From NCBI GenBank assembly GCA_002311135.1, contig DBZK01000020.1, positions 121,708 to 185,707 on the forward strand: a stretch of 64,000 nt of DNA, written 5' to 3'. Origin of the DNA: Dehalococcoidia bacterium UBA1162. Its GTDB lineage: Bacteria; Chloroflexota; Dehalococcoidia; GIF9; UBA5629. Made by a program: the position numbers and the translations under genes. Below are positions 1 through 10,431 of the stretch, in pieces. Under the pieces are notes generated by a model that was given only the letters and a program-made list of their open reading frames with translations, had not been told where the DNA came from and searched no databases. Numbering within the stretch: position 1 is the stretch's first letter; each line of letters opens with the position of its first letter.

Positions 1-511
1 CGAGGGGGCTGTCCGCATCGTTTTTTTCATCGTTTATCTGGTTATTATCGGGCGGATGCGTGATATCCGAGAGATCTTCGCCTATCATGGAGCCGAGCAC
101 ATGTCTGTAAATGCCTACGAATCGGGCGTAACACTGGATGTCTACAACGTGCGTAATTATTCCAGGGCGCACACCCGATGCGGAACCAGCTTTCTGCTGG
201 TCGTGCTGGTCATCGCCGTCGTGGTCTTTGCCCTGCTGGGGCGTCCGCCGATATGGATAGGAATTTTATCGCGTATTATTTTGATCCCGGTTATCGCTGC
301 CGTCAGCTATGAATTTTTGAAATTTGAAGCAAAGTATAGCCATAACCTATTGGTCAGATGGCTTCTCATACCGGGCTTGTGGCTGCAGGCTCTGACTACG
401 CGTCAGCCCACTGACAGCCAGTTGGAGGTAGCCATTGCAGCCATGAAAAAGGCGCTTGAGACAGATGGGATATACCCCGACACCAATGGTTGCTACGCTG
501 CTACACCATAG
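1..511 (+). CDS. DUF1385 (YqhQ-like) family membrane protein, 5'-truncated by window edge
   Basis: Frame of ORF 56..511 is open back to nt 2. Contains the AYHGAEH motif and hydrophobic segments typical of DUF1385. Confidence 0.55.
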   Translation, partial: EGAVRIVFFIVYLVIIGRMRDIREIFAYHGAEHMSVNAYESGVTLDVYNVRNYSRAHTRCGTSFLLVVLVIAVVVFALLGRPPIWIGILSRIILIPVIAAVSYEFLKFEAKYSHNLLVRWLLIPGLWLQALTTRQPTDSQLEVAIAAMKKALETDGIYPDTNGCYAATP

Positions 512-530
512 TGGATTCGTATAGCCGTCC

Positions 531-559
531 TTGACAGCCTAAAATCAAGAATCTATTAT
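531..559 (+). promoter_or_regulatory. sigma70-like promoter (TTGACA-17-TATTAT) upstream of SDR gene
   Basis: TTGACA at 531-536, 17-nt spacer, TATTAT at 554-559. AGGAGG RBS precedes the ATG at 649. Confidence 0.5.
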
Positions 560-648
560 CAAGATTGGTCGGCAAACGGCGACGTTGATACTGCAAAGGC
601 AGTTAAGATATTTACTCGGTCAGTAGATTGTTCTAAGGAGGAAGGTCA

Positions 649-1401
649 ATGGAGATTTCGCTTAAAAACAAGGTGGCCATGATAACCGGCGCCAGCCGCG
701 GCATTGGCAGGGCCATAGCGATTGAAATGGCAAAATCGGGAGCCGATGTCGTGTTGGCCAGCCGCAAGATTGCCGACCTGGAGAAGGTAGCCAGGGAGAT
801 AAGGGCCCTTGGCGTTAAGGCAGTGCCAGTAGCTGCGCATATAGGGCGGCAGGAGGATATTACTGTGCTGGTCTCCAAAGCTGTAGAAGAGTTCGGCAGG
901 ATAGATATCCTGGTGAATAATGCGGCTACCAACCCGACAATGGACTCCGCTATCGATGTCTCGGAGCGGGCCTGGGATTCCACTATGAACCTCAATCTCA
1001 AAGGCCTGTTTTTCCTTAGCCAGGCCGTCGCCCGCGTCATGAAGGAGCATGGCGGAGGCGTAATTATCAACGTATCTTCCATAGCCGGGGTCACGCCTGA
1101 TATTTTACCGATTTACTCGGTCAGCAAGGCGGGCGTAAATATGGCTACCAAGGTCATGGCACAGCAATGGGCCTGTTATGGCATAAGGACTAATACCCTG
1201 TCACCCGGCCAGACTAAAACCCAGTTCAGCCAGGCCTTATGGGGCAACCCCGAAATCTATAAATACATCATGGCCAGAACCCCCTTAAAACGCATAGGCG
1301 AGCCCGAGGACATGGCCCGAGCGGCCGTGTTCCTAGCCTCCAACGAGGCGGGCTTTATCACAGGCCAAAACCTTATCGTCGACGGGGGCATGACTATCTA
1401 G
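649..1401 (+). CDS. short-chain dehydrogenase/reductase (FabG-like SDR)
   Basis: 250 aa. TGASRGIG Rossmann motif and NNAA motif. Classical SDR length and catalytic region. Confidence 0.85.
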   Translation: MEISLKNKVAMITGASRGIGRAIAIEMAKSGADVVLASRKIADLEKVAREIRALGVKAVPVAAHIGRQEDITVLVSKAVEEFGRIDILVNNAATNPTMDSAIDVSERAWDSTMNLNLKGLFFLSQAVARVMKEHGGGVIINVSSIAGVTPDILPIYSVSKAGVNMATKVMAQQWACYGIRTNTLSPGQTKTQFSQALWGNPEIYKYIMARTPLKRIGEPEDMARAAVFLASNEAGFITGQNLIVDGGMTI

Positions 1402-1480
1402 GGCGTATTTATTTCCGGATCGTCATTGAGGCGATACAACAGAAAAAATTCCGTATGGATTAAAAATTTAAGGAGTTATC

Positions 1481-2959
1481 ATGATTTCGTCAAGCCAGTA
1501 CAGAAAAAGACTTACTAAACTGCGGCGCAATATCTACAACGACGGCAAGCTCGTAGATAGGGATTTCAAGCGGCTCGAGGGGGCGGTAAATATCATTGCC
1601 AAGACCTATGATATGATTACCGATCCTGAATTTAAAGACTACCAGGATATACTTACCGCAACTTCCCATCTAACGGGGGAAAAGATCAGCCGCTTCACAC
1701 ATATCCATCGCAGCATCGCAGACTTGCTGGCCAAGCAGAAAATGACCAGGATCACGTCTCAGCAGGTCGGCGGCTGCATCGCCAGGTGCATGGGCATTGA
1801 CTCAACCAATGCTCTTTCGGTAGTAACTTACATGTGCGATCAGAAATATGGAACCGAGTACAATAAGCGCTTTGAAAAATGGCTCAAGGACTTCCAGATC
1901 AACGACCGCACGTCATGCTGTGCCCAGACCGATGTCAAAGGTAACCGGCCCTGGAGGCCTCACGAACAGAAAGATCCAGACCTTTACCTGAGGATCGTGG
2001 AGAGAAAGAGCGACGGAATCGTAGTGCGCGGCGCCAAGGTGCACAATTCCTTTGCCCCCGTAGTAGAGCAAATCAACGTAATCCCCACCAGGGCCCTGAC
2101 CAAGGAGGAGGGCGACTGGGCGGTGGCATTTACCATCCCGGCTGATGCTGAAGGAGTAAAACAGATTGTCAGCGCCGCTATGCCTGAATACCCCAAAGGA
2201 TTTAGCGGGCCTGGACCGTGGGGCGGCTCCGATTCCATGACCGTCTTCGACGATGTTTTCGTTCCCTGGGATAACGTGTTCCTTTGCGGTGAGACTGATA
2301 TGGGCGGCTACCTGGCCCTGATGTTTGCCCAATATCACCGCCATAGCTACACGGGCTGTAAGCCGGCTATGACCGACGTCCTGACAGGCGCGGCAGCCCT
2401 GATGGCCGAAGTAAACGGTATTGAAAAGGAGCACCACGTCCGTGAAAAGCTGGCCGAACTGATATGTACGTCAGAGCTTGTTTACGGCACCGGTATCGCC
2501 GCTGCTGTTAACGGCAGCAAATCACCTTCGGGCACCTTTGTTCCCGATACCATGTACTGCAACGTGAGCCGCAGGCATGCCGGCCTCAATATCTATCATG
2601 AATACGACATTGTGGCGGATATTGCAGGCGGTATGCCGGCCACCATGCCCCGCTCAGGAGATTGGGTGAACGAGGAAACCAAGCCCTTTATGGAAAAATA
2701 TATGGCCCGTAATCCGGATGTGGACGTTCAGGATGTGCTCAAGGCCTTCTCCTGGGTGCAGGGCCTTACCTGTTCCGAGTGGGCCGGCGTTATGCAATAC
2801 GCCGGCGTGCATGGCGGCGGTTCTCCCAGGATGGAACAGATCGCTATTATGGGCGCCTATAACCTGGAAAATACCAAGAATATCGCCAAGCGACTGGCCG
2901 GCATCAAGGTAAACAAACCCTATACCTTTGACCGGCTTGGCAATACTCCCAAACTCTAA
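1481..2959 (+). CDS. abfD: 4-hydroxybutyryl-CoA dehydratase/vinylacetyl-CoA isomerase-like (HpaB/AbfD family) Fe-S flavoenzyme
   Basis: 492 aa. QKDPDLYLRIVERKSDGIVVRGAKVH closely matches the AbfD signature. The GGCIARCMG and YHRHSYTGCK segments preserve the Cys/His [4Fe-4S] ligand pattern of AbfD. Confidence 0.65.
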   Translation: MISSSQYRKRLTKLRRNIYNDGKLVDRDFKRLEGAVNIIAKTYDMITDPEFKDYQDILTATSHLTGEKISRFTHIHRSIADLLAKQKMTRITSQQVGGCIARCMGIDSTNALSVVTYMCDQKYGTEYNKRFEKWLKDFQINDRTSCCAQTDVKGNRPWRPHEQKDPDLYLRIVERKSDGIVVRGAKVHNSFAPVVEQINVIPTRALTKEEGDWAVAFTIPADAEGVKQIVSAAMPEYPKGFSGPGPWGGSDSMTVFDDVFVPWDNVFLCGETDMGGYLALMFAQYHRHSYTGCKPAMTDVLTGAAALMAEVNGIEKEHHVREKLAELICTSELVYGTGIAAAVNGSKSPSGTFVPDTMYCNVSRRHAGLNIYHEYDIVADIAGGMPATMPRSGDWVNEETKPFMEKYMARNPDVDVQDVLKAFSWVQGLTCSEWAGVMQYAGVHGGGSPRMEQIAIMGAYNLENTKNIAKRLAGIKVNKPYTFDRLGNTPKL

Positions 2960-2973
2960 GCGCAACAACTATA

Positions 2974-3022
2974 AAAAAGGACTGGCTGCAGCTAATTCTT
3001 AACCTGCAGCCAGTCCTTTTTA
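2974..3022. terminator. rho-independent terminator (13-bp perfect stem, A-tract 5', T-tract 3')
   Basis: ggactggctgcag / ctgcagccagtcc inverted repeat at 2979-3016, flanked by aaaaaa and ttttt. Confidence 0.75.
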
Positions 3023-3079
3023 CATACATCGATTGAACGTTCGGCCAACCTTCCGCATATCTAACTAATCGCATATTTG

Positions 3080-3099
3080 TTGACGGCATGTGATATAAT
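3080..3099 (+). promoter_or_regulatory. putative promoter with extended -10 (TGaTATAAT) for substrate-binding-protein gene
   Basis: TGATATAAT at 3091-3099. The TTGACG upstream is only 8 nt away, so this is likely an extended -10 type promoter. Confidence 0.35.
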
Positions 3100-3125
3100 G
3101 GCTTCATTATATAGAGGAGGTGGCA

Positions 3126-4478
3126 ATGAAAACCAAGGGCACGATTCTTTCACTAACCATTATTTTCACACTCATAGCTGCAATGATCGTGAGCGGCTGT
3201 GCGCAGCCCTCGACAGGGAAAGCCCCAATAGTCATAGGCTATGTCGGCGACGTCGCGTCACCGGGCACCAAACCCTGCATGGATATTCAGCAGATGGCTG
3301 TTGAAGAGATCAATGCAGCGGGCGGTATCCTGGGCAGGCCCATCAAGTATGTAATCGAGGATGGCAAGGGCGAGACATCGCTATCAGTGGCAGCCGTACA
3401 AAGAATGGTCATGGGGGACAAGGCAACCTTCTACTTTGTAGAAGGCAGGACGGAGATTGCGCTGGCAACCAAGCAGAAATCAATCGAGCTTTATAAAGAT
3501 TTCCCGCACATTATGATTGCCAATGGCGCCAGCGGCGTGGAGGTCACCGCCTCAGTGATTCAGAACTACGACAACGAAAAGATGATCTTCCGTGATTTCA
3601 ATCCCGAACCCGGTCATTACGCCTGGGCAAACCTCATTTTCTCCTGGTCCCAAGCGGACGGTCCTAACACACCCAAGGGTATGGCCCCTAAAAAATGGGC
3701 CTTGCTCTATGAAAACCTGGACTGGACACTGCTTTTCCGCAATGGCTATCCAACTCTCAATCTTCCTACCTGGGATCAGATGGCCAAAGACAAGTATGGC
3801 ATCGATGTTGTATACAGCAAACCTTTCAGCGCCAGGGCGGGCATGTACCTGCCGATAATGGACCAGATCTCCAAGGCCGGCGCTGACATGATCTTCGTCG
3901 TTTCAAGCTGGTTTACAGATACGGAAGTAATTGCCAAACAGTGGGCCGACTCGCCGGCTAAAGATATTCAGTTATACTTGTATGGCGGCGTAAACCAGAC
4001 CCACGATTTCTGGCAGCTTACCGGCGGCAAAGCGCTCGGTGCGCTGACGGCATCTTACGAAACGCCGATCACCAACTATAACATGGCTGTCGTGACCAAA
4101 GCCAGGGCCAGGGGCATACCCTGCCAGATGCATGTGCTCTGTGCTTACGATGACATTTACCAGATCAAGGCGGCCATTGAGATGGCCGGGGGTACGGATG
4201 ATGTAGGCAAGCTGATTACCGCTCTGGAGACGGTCCAGGTCGATAATGGCACACTTGGTCCTACCAAGTACGAAATGACCAAGGTACCCGGCTTCTTCCA
4301 TTCCCGCGTATGCGCCGATCCCAATAATCCCACACAGATGTTACCAAACGGTATGGCGATCGGTTCAGCCCAGATCCAGGCTAACGGTGAATATGTACCT
4401 ATGTATCCCGGAAAATATGCTCAACTCGATAAATATCAGACCCCTGCACAGCTCAGGGCTGCTGCCGGTGCTAAATAG
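3126..4478 (+). CDS. ABC transporter substrate-binding lipoprotein, LivK/periplasmic-binding-protein type I family
   Basis: Signal peptide plus lipobox (IVSGC). ANF-receptor/Peripla_BP_6-like sequence. GGAGG RBS lies 6 nt upstream of the ATG at 3126. The tool's 3120 start is a GTG inside the RBS. Confidence 0.8.
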   Translation: MKTKGTILSLTIIFTLIAAMIVSGCAQPSTGKAPIVIGYVGDVASPGTKPCMDIQQMAVEEINAAGGILGRPIKYVIEDGKGETSLSVAAVQRMVMGDKATFYFVEGRTEIALATKQKSIELYKDFPHIMIANGASGVEVTASVIQNYDNEKMIFRDFNPEPGHYAWANLIFSWSQADGPNTPKGMAPKKWALLYENLDWTLLFRNGYPTLNLPTWDQMAKDKYGIDVVYSKPFSARAGMYLPIMDQISKAGADMIFVVSSWFTDTEVIAKQWADSPAKDIQLYLYGGVNQTHDFWQLTGGKALGALTASYETPITNYNMAVVTKARARGIPCQMHVLCAYDDIYQIKAAIEMAGGTDDVGKLITALETVQVDNGTLGPTKYEMTKVPGFFHSRVCADPNNPTQMLPNGMAIGSAQIQANGEYVPMYPGKYAQLDKYQTPAQLRAAAGAK

Positions 4479-4498
4479 TTTAGGAGGAGGTGATAATT

Positions 4499-5212
4499 TT
4501 GAGAAAGCTATATTTGCCGATCGCATTCATTCTAATCGCAGTCCTGTTCGCGTCCGCAGCTTGTGCCCCTTCCGAGCTAAAACCGGCAACGGTCACACTC
4601 AACTTGATCTCCAACGAGTGGCAGGGCGCAGAGACAGTTGTTGCCGATTCAATCTTCAGCATTGAAAATCCCAATAATGTCGCGGTCACGCTTGACCAGT
4701 TCAACTATACCATCAGCCTTAACGGCCAGGCGCTGACTCAGAGAACAGTAGGGCCTGAGATTGAAATACCTGCCAATACCGCCGTGCAATTAACCTATGC
4801 CAACGTGCTGCCCTTCAATGGGTTCGGCGGCGTGGCATTCGAGGGTTATTACATGGCCAAGAGCATGCCTTACGTGCCGGCCCTTATTGCGGGCTCCGCC
4901 CCGTGGAAACTGCTTGGTGGCAAGGAGCCAGGTCTGTGGACAGATCCCAACATACAAGTTCTTAACCTTATCAGGAGCGCTCCGACAGCGGATAACATAA
5001 CCAGCGGAGCTGTCGACAACAACACCGTTGCGGCAAAGTATTTGAAGATTATTGGATTGGTTAACGCCGTCCAGGGGCCTATGGATAAAGCCTGGGCTGC
5101 TTACCCCTCCGGACCCTGCAAATACGATGTCAGCGGAAAGGCCACCATATCCAATCCCAATTTCAGCAAATCTGTTGACACCACTTTCACCTTGAGCTTT
5201 ACCAAGCCTTAA
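4499..5212 (+). CDS. lipoprotein with LEA_2 / WHy (water-stress, NPN-motif) domain
   Basis: Signal peptide ending LFASAAC. IENPNNVAVTLDQFNYTISLNGQAL is the classical LEA14-like NPN motif. The TTG start at 4499 is 8 nt after GGAGGAGG. The alternative GTG at 4490 lies inside the RBS. Confidence 0.5.
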   Translation: MRKLYLPIAFILIAVLFASAACAPSELKPATVTLNLISNEWQGAETVVADSIFSIENPNNVAVTLDQFNYTISLNGQALTQRTVGPEIEIPANTAVQLTYANVLPFNGFGGVAFEGYYMAKSMPYVPALIAGSAPWKLLGGKEPGLWTDPNIQVLNLIRSAPTADNITSGAVDNNTVAAKYLKIIGLVNAVQGPMDKAWAAYPSGPCKYDVSGKATISNPNFSKSVDTTFTLSFTKP

Positions 5213-5231
5213 ACGGTAACCTGAACAATAA

Positions 5232-5264
5232 AAGAAGAGCCTTCCAAATGGAAGGCTCTTCTTT
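5232..5264. terminator. bidirectional rho-independent terminator between convergent genes
   Basis: gaagagccttcc-aaat-ggaaggctcttc 12-bp stem, A-rich 5' and ttta 3'. Confidence 0.7.
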
Positions 5265-5284
5265 ATGCCTGCTAAAGTTCGTAA

Positions 5285-6607
5285 TTATTTAAGGTATTTC
5301 TCGCGCACGTAATCGTTATCCTGGCCAATCTTACATTTGACCCACTTGACACGCGGCGGAGACTCAGACATCTTAATAAAATTGACGGGCATTTTAAATT
5401 TTCCCAGCATCTCGTCATCGAATTCCTGGAAGGATTGGCGCTTGGCCCAGTGAGGATTCTGCATGGTAGTCGCCGGCTTTTGCACTTTCATAATTATGGG
5501 AACGCCGCCGCCGCGCCATTTGGAGCGGGCGGATTTGATACTATATTCAAGCGCCATTTTGACCAGCTCATCAGAAGTGTATTTGATCGTTCGGTCTTCA
5601 ATGATCTTGTAAAATTGCTCTACCTGGTCGAGTATGTCAGGTATCCTGTCGAAGGTGAAACGGTAGTCATCTTCATGCTGCCACAGCTTTAACACCTTAA
5701 GCAACGCCCTGAAGTCATGGTCCCTGCCGGCCGCAATAGCCACAATGCCATCCTTGCTTTTCCAGAATCCATATGGATATATGGCAAAATCGTGTATGCC
5801 AATCCTGGGCCGTGCCTTATTCCAGGTGAACCCGATGGTGACGGGGTATCCCACCAGCGAAGCATAAGAATCAGCCGTGGCCACATCCACCATCTGACCC
5901 TCACCGGTAGCTTGAGAATAGTAACGCGCTACTGCACCTCCCAGGGCCGCCTCAATACCCGAAATATACCAGCTCAGCCATACCCCGGCCCTCAGCGGCC
6001 AGTTATACGGCTCCCCGGAACCAGGCATATCGCCTATATTGGCGCACACACCCGATATCGCCTGGGCGGTTATATCCGAATCGGGGACGTTGATAAACTC
6101 TTTGGCCTTTTCACCATATTGTCCGTAGGGGCTGATCGCTATATACACCAGGCCCGGATTGATCTCAGCCAACTGGCGATATCCAACTCCCCATGAGTCC
6201 ATAGTGCCGGGCGCATAGGTCTCAATAACTATCTGCGCCTTTGCAGCCAGGCTCTTTAAGTCCCGGCGCCCCTCCTCGGTCTTAAGGTCAAGGGTAAAAT
6301 AGCGCTTATTGCGAGCCTCCATGATAAAAGGGACCCCAACGCCGTTACGATTTACGCCGTAGGGAGTTATCTTGCGGGACGGGTCGCCTTCAGGAGGTTC
6401 TATCTTGATCACCTCGGCGCCGAATTCTGCAAATATGCTCGAGCATATATCACCGGACAAATTGGCATAACTTACGTCCAGCACCGTGACATCGTTGAGC
6501 ACTTCCGGCTTGCCTTCGGGGTTGATCATGCCACGGAGAAACTCTTCCCGTTCTTTACGGCTTCCGCCGTATCTAACCAGTATCTGCTCTTTCTCGATCT
6601 TGCTCAT
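5285..6607 (-). CDS. CoA-transferase family III (CaiB/BaiF) protein
   Basis: 440 aa. Has the family III hallmarks VLDVSYANLSGD...GAEVIKIEPPEGD...RNKRYFTLDLK...ETYAPG. Confidence 0.8.
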   Translation of the reverse strand: MSKIEKEQILVRYGGSRKEREEFLRGMINPEGKPEVLNDVTVLDVSYANLSGDICSSIFAEFGAEVIKIEPPEGDPSRKITPYGVNRNGVGVPFIMEARNKRYFTLDLKTEEGRRDLKSLAAKAQIVIETYAPGTMDSWGVGYRQLAEINPGLVYIAISPYGQYGEKAKEFINVPDSDITAQAISGVCANIGDMPGSGEPYNWPLRAGVWLSWYISGIEAALGGAVARYYSQATGEGQMVDVATADSYASLVGYPVTIGFTWNKARPRIGIHDFAIYPYGFWKSKDGIVAIAAGRDHDFRALLKVLKLWQHEDDYRFTFDRIPDILDQVEQFYKIIEDRTIKYTSDELVKMALEYSIKSARSKWRGGGVPIIMKVQKPATTMQNPHWAKRQSFQEFDDEMLGKFKMPVNFIKMSESPPRVKWVKCKIGQDNDYVREKYLK

Positions 6608-6610
6608 TTA

Positions 6611-7948
6611 TCAGCCCTTATAGTTGAACATGGCGTCCTGGGACAGGTCGTAATAAACGGGTGGTTTGATGCCGGGCCTATCGTCCCAGTAGCCTACTAT
6701 CCTTTCCTTTTCCAGCTGCTTGATCTCTTCCTCAGAATACCCGAGCAGTTGTTTGAGCACGTAGCGGTTGTGGTAGCCAAGTGGCCTGGACAGCCACTTA
6801 ATCCTTCCCGGCGTTTTGCTCAGCATGGCCGATGGCCCGGGTATCATAAGTTTGCCGTACATATCATCCTGAAACACGATTACGCTGCCCCGTTCCTGCC
6901 TCCACTGGTCGTAAGTAATCTCATAGTCATCCTCAACCAGGCCAATGGAAAAGCCATATTTTTTAGCTGAATTAACAAGGTTTTCGGCAGTGCTGGCTTT
7001 GACCCATGCTTCAGCCGCATCATGGAGCTCCTTGGCATTGTCGGCCTTCAACCGGTCAAATGAATCCCCATATTTGGTTATTAGTTCGGGCCTGCCCATC
7101 GCCTGGCAAATAGCCTTATACTGCTCGTCAGTCACGGCCGCAATGGCTACGAACTTGCCGTCGCTCGATTTGAAAATGCCCGAAGGGGCCATTGCCGGGT
7201 CTGTATTGCCCACTCGCCCCAAATCTTCGCCGGTTATGCTTTCATAGGTAAAGTTGGGCATGATTCGCATTAAGGCTTCAGCCTGAGCCAGATCTATATA
7301 CTGGCCTTTGCCCGTTTTCTTACGGTAATTGAGCGCCATTATGACGGCCAGCGCTCCGACGTTCCCTGGTAAAAAATCGCCCACATAGTCCGGCAACTTA
7401 TAGTATTTGTCCGTGTCAGGATATCCGGTGAGGCTGATAACGCCGCTGGCGGCCTGGGCCAGCAAGTCCCAGCCGGGGAAGAACCTCATCGGGCCGTATT
7501 GCCCGTATGTGGCACAACTGAGATAAATCAGGCCCGGATTAATTTTACCGAGCTGGCTGTATCCCACGCCCCAGGTCTCAGCGGTCCCTGCCGCAAAGTT
7601 TTCCACCACGACATCCGATTGCTCCACCATTTTATAGATTATTTCCCTGGCTTTAGGCAATTTCAGGTTAAGGGCGAAGAAATATTTCCCGTATTGCACG
7701 AAATGGAAACATACGCTGGAGTGTCTCCAGAAACTGCCCCAGTAGACGCCGAAACGCCACAGGTCCCCCACCCAGGGCAGTTCAAATTTTATTACCTCGG
7801 CACCGTACTGCCCCAGTATCTTGGCGGCGGTCGGCCCGTATATAACATGTGTAAAATCCAGTACCCTTAAACCCTTGAATACCTCGGGTTTCTCCTTGGT
7901 TTTCGAGGGGTCGAACAGCTTTTTTGTGTAATCGAAATAATCGTCCAT
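6611..7948 (-). CDS. CoA-transferase family III (CaiB/BaiF) protein, paralog
   Basis: 445 aa. VLDFTHVIYGP...GAEVIKFE...ENFAAG. Separated by 3 nt from the downstream paralog, suggesting a heteromeric pair. Confidence 0.8.
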   Translation of the reverse strand: MDDYFDYTKKLFDPSKTKEKPEVFKGLRVLDFTHVIYGPTAAKILGQYGAEVIKFELPWVGDLWRFGVYWGSFWRHSSVCFHFVQYGKYFFALNLKLPKAREIIYKMVEQSDVVVENFAAGTAETWGVGYSQLGKINPGLIYLSCATYGQYGPMRFFPGWDLLAQAASGVISLTGYPDTDKYYKLPDYVGDFLPGNVGALAVIMALNYRKKTGKGQYIDLAQAEALMRIMPNFTYESITGEDLGRVGNTDPAMAPSGIFKSSDGKFVAIAAVTDEQYKAICQAMGRPELITKYGDSFDRLKADNAKELHDAAEAWVKASTAENLVNSAKKYGFSIGLVEDDYEITYDQWRQERGSVIVFQDDMYGKLMIPGPSAMLSKTPGRIKWLSRPLGYHNRYVLKQLLGYSEEEIKQLEKERIVGYWDDRPGIKPPVYYDLSQDAMFNYKG

Positions 7949-7951
7949 TAT

Positions 7952-8656
7952 TTACATCCCGAGGTAAGCTTTCTTGACCACATCGCTGTCAAGCAATTTT
8001 TCGCTTACATCCGCATAGATGACCCGGCCATTCTCCATGATATAGCCCCGTCCGGCAATGGTCAGGGCCTGCCGGGCATTCTGTTCGGATAATATCAGTG
8101 TAATTTTCTCTTCTTTTAGTTTGGCCAGGGTGTCGTATACCAGCTCGAGTATTTTAGGCGCCAGCCCCAGCGAAGGCTCATCCACCATTAACATTTTGGG
8201 ATTGGACATCAGGCCGCGGGCGATCACCATCATCTGCTGTTCACCGCCGCTTAACGTGCCTGCCGACTGATTTTTTCGCTCTTTTAATATGGGGAACATA
8301 TTAAAAACCCTCTCCAGGGTTTTTTTCCGTATCGGCCAGGCGGTCCTGTTATAAGACCCGACCAGCAGGTTATCCATCACGCTCATGTAAGGGAAAATCC
8401 TGCGTGCCTCCGGCACCTCGGCAATCCCGCGTTTAATTATTTCATAGGGTTGCAACTTCTCTATACTCTCACCCTCGAATAATATCTTGCCTTTGGTGGG
8501 CTTTATCATCCCAAGAATAGTATTAATTAGCGTTGACTTGCCGGCGCCATTGGAGCCCAGCAGCGCAACCATTTCGCCTGTCTCCACTGTCATATTTACA
8601 CCGTGGAGGACCGGCGTTACACCGTAGGCCACATACAGGTCCTGCACTTCAAACAT
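7952..8656 (-). CDS. livF: branched-chain amino acid-type ABC transporter ATP-binding protein LivF
   Basis: Walker A GSNGAGKST, LSGGEQQM signature, 234 aa. Confidence 0.85.
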   Translation of the reverse strand: MFEVQDLYVAYGVTPVLHGVNMTVETGEMVALLGSNGAGKSTLINTILGMIKPTKGKILFEGESIEKLQPYEIIKRGIAEVPEARRIFPYMSVMDNLLVGSYNRTAWPIRKKTLERVFNMFPILKERKNQSAGTLSGGEQQMMVIARGLMSNPKMLMVDEPSLGLAPKILELVYDTLAKLKEEKITLILSEQNARQALTIAGRGYIMENGRVIYADVSEKLLDSDVVKKAYLGM

Positions 8657-9386
8657 GGCATGATCCCAGGTAGCACTCGATTACATAGGGGTCGTTGGCA
8701 ACATCCTGCGGCAACCCTTCACAGATTTTCTGCCCGTAATGCAGGACAACCACCCTCTGTGCCGCCTGCATCAGCGCTGCCATGACATGCTCGATCCAGA
8801 GTATGGTAACGCCGAATTCTTCCTTGGCCCTTTCAAGCAGCCTGACCGCTTTATAGGCCTCATCGGGATTTAAACCCGCCATAACCTCATCCACAAAGAT
8901 TAATTTAGGAGTGGTAGCCAGCGCCCGGGCCAGTTCCAGGCCGCGCAGCTCGTATAATGTAAGGTCTTTGCCCAGCACATTGCGTTTACTGAACAGCCCG
9001 CAGAACTCAAGGTAGTGGGTAGCCTCCGTTGCAGCGTCTTCAAGGCTCTGGTTGGCCCTGTCCTTTCCATATAAGGCGCTTACTACAACGCTCATTAAAG
9101 CTGTAAGCTCAGGGAAGGGCCTTGGTATTTGATATGTCCGGCTTATGCCCAGCTTACACCGCCTGTACGCAGGCATCCTGGTTATGTCATGTCCCATGAA
9201 CTGGATGTTGCCGCTATCTGCCAGATACTTTCCGGTGATCATATTCACCAGAGTTGTTTTACCTGCGCCGTTGGGGCCCATAAGTCCCAGCGTTTCGCCC
9301 TCGATAATTGAAAAGCTGACGTCGTTAATCGCCATCAGCCCCCCGAAATGCTTGGATACGCTATCTATTTTCAGTATCTCAGTCAC
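8649..9386 (-). CDS. livG: ABC transporter ATP-binding protein LivG
   Basis: Walker A GPNGAGKTT, 245 aa. 8-nt overlap with livF. Confidence 0.85.
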   Translation of the reverse strand: MTEILKIDSVSKHFGGLMAINDVSFSIIEGETLGLMGPNGAGKTTLVNMITGKYLADSGNIQFMGHDITRMPAYRRCKLGISRTYQIPRPFPELTALMSVVVSALYGKDRANQSLEDAATEATHYLEFCGLFSKRNVLGKDLTLYELRGLELARALATTPKLIFVDEVMAGLNPDEAYKAVRLLERAKEEFGVTILWIEHVMAALMQAAQRVVVLHYGQKICEGLPQDVANDPYVIECYLGSCHV

Positions 9387-9389
9387 AAC

Positions 9390-10427
9390 TTATCTCCTGA
9401 CATGCAGTGTCGGCAGGTATTCCCTGTAGCGGCGTTTTCTGTATAGGCCGAATAGGCCTTCGGGAAGTGTGAGCAGCAGGATGAGCAATATAATCGGGAA
9501 CACTACCTGTGAATACTCACCCAGCACGCTTGACAAAAAGAGCTCAAGGATCACTATAAAGTAACCGCCGATCACATTGCCGTATATCTGCACACGGCCG
9601 CCGATCATGCTCACCAGCAGGACCTTGACCATAAATGCCAGGGGCAGATAGGTAACGCCGGAGAAAGTGCCGTAATAATGAGCGTAAAACCAGCCTATCA
9701 CCGCTATCATCACCGCCGGGATGGTAAAGCTGATGATCTTAATCTTCTTTACGTTTACGCCCATGGCCTCCGCCACTTCTTCATCATCATTGATGGCGGC
9801 CATCGACGCGGCAAATTTGGAACGCATGATCTTATCCACGATAAACATATATAGCAGCATCATAAACAATGACATCAGACATATGAGGAACTGATTAACT
9901 GTAAAGTGGCCTACATTGACCATCTGCGCAATGCCGAACAGGCCGGTATCGCCTTTGAAGAGGTCCGTATAAATGAATGTAATCTCCAGGAAAACCAGCG
10001 GGAAAAGCAGTGTTAACAGCGTGTAATAAAGGCCGCCCGCAATGATGGAGAGCGGGCTCATTAATAGTCCGAAGATCAGGCCCGCCAGTATGGCCATTAG
10101 CAATGTTACAAATGGCGGCCAACCCAGGTTGATGCTGCAAAGGGCTGCTGTAAACCCGCCCACTCCAATATAAAACTGCGGGCCGAAATTCATTCGTCCG
10201 GTTCCGATAGTCATCCACCCCAGCGGTATGGCTATGGCGGCCAACAGGTTAGCGTCTATTACAGTGGGAAGCCATTGGGGGTATAAGAAATAAACCGCTA
10301 TCGGCACCAGTATCAGGATACCTACATAGATAAAAGGATTGCGCCAGTACCTGGGCTCGATATGCCATTCGTACTTTTGCGTACCAACCCTTAATACCAG
10401 TTTTTCCCGTTTTATTTCTAGTTCCAT
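9390..10427 (-). CDS. livM: ABC transporter permease LivM
   Basis: 345 aa, polytopic, LivM-like. Confidence 0.8.
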   Translation of the reverse strand: MELEIKREKLVLRVGTQKYEWHIEPRYWRNPFIYVGILILVPIAVYFLYPQWLPTVIDANLLAAIAIPLGWMTIGTGRMNFGPQFYIGVGGFTAALCSINLGWPPFVTLLMAILAGLIFGLLMSPLSIIAGGLYYTLLTLLFPLVFLEITFIYTDLFKGDTGLFGIAQMVNVGHFTVNQFLICLMSLFMMLLYMFIVDKIMRSKFAASMAAINDDEEVAEAMGVNVKKIKIISFTIPAVMIAVIGWFYAHYYGTFSGVTYLPLAFMVKVLLVSMIGGRVQIYGNVIGGYFIVILELFLSSVLGEYSQVVFPIILLILLLTLPEGLFGLYRKRRYREYLPTLHVRR

Positions 10428-10431
10428 CGGA

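Noticed and set aside
3120-3125. GTG start at 3120 for the substrate-binding protein and GTG at 4490 for the lipoprotein, as given by the ORF track
   Set aside because: Both lie inside their own GGAGG Shine-Dalgarno sequences. The ATG at 3126 and TTG at 4499 have correct SD spacing.
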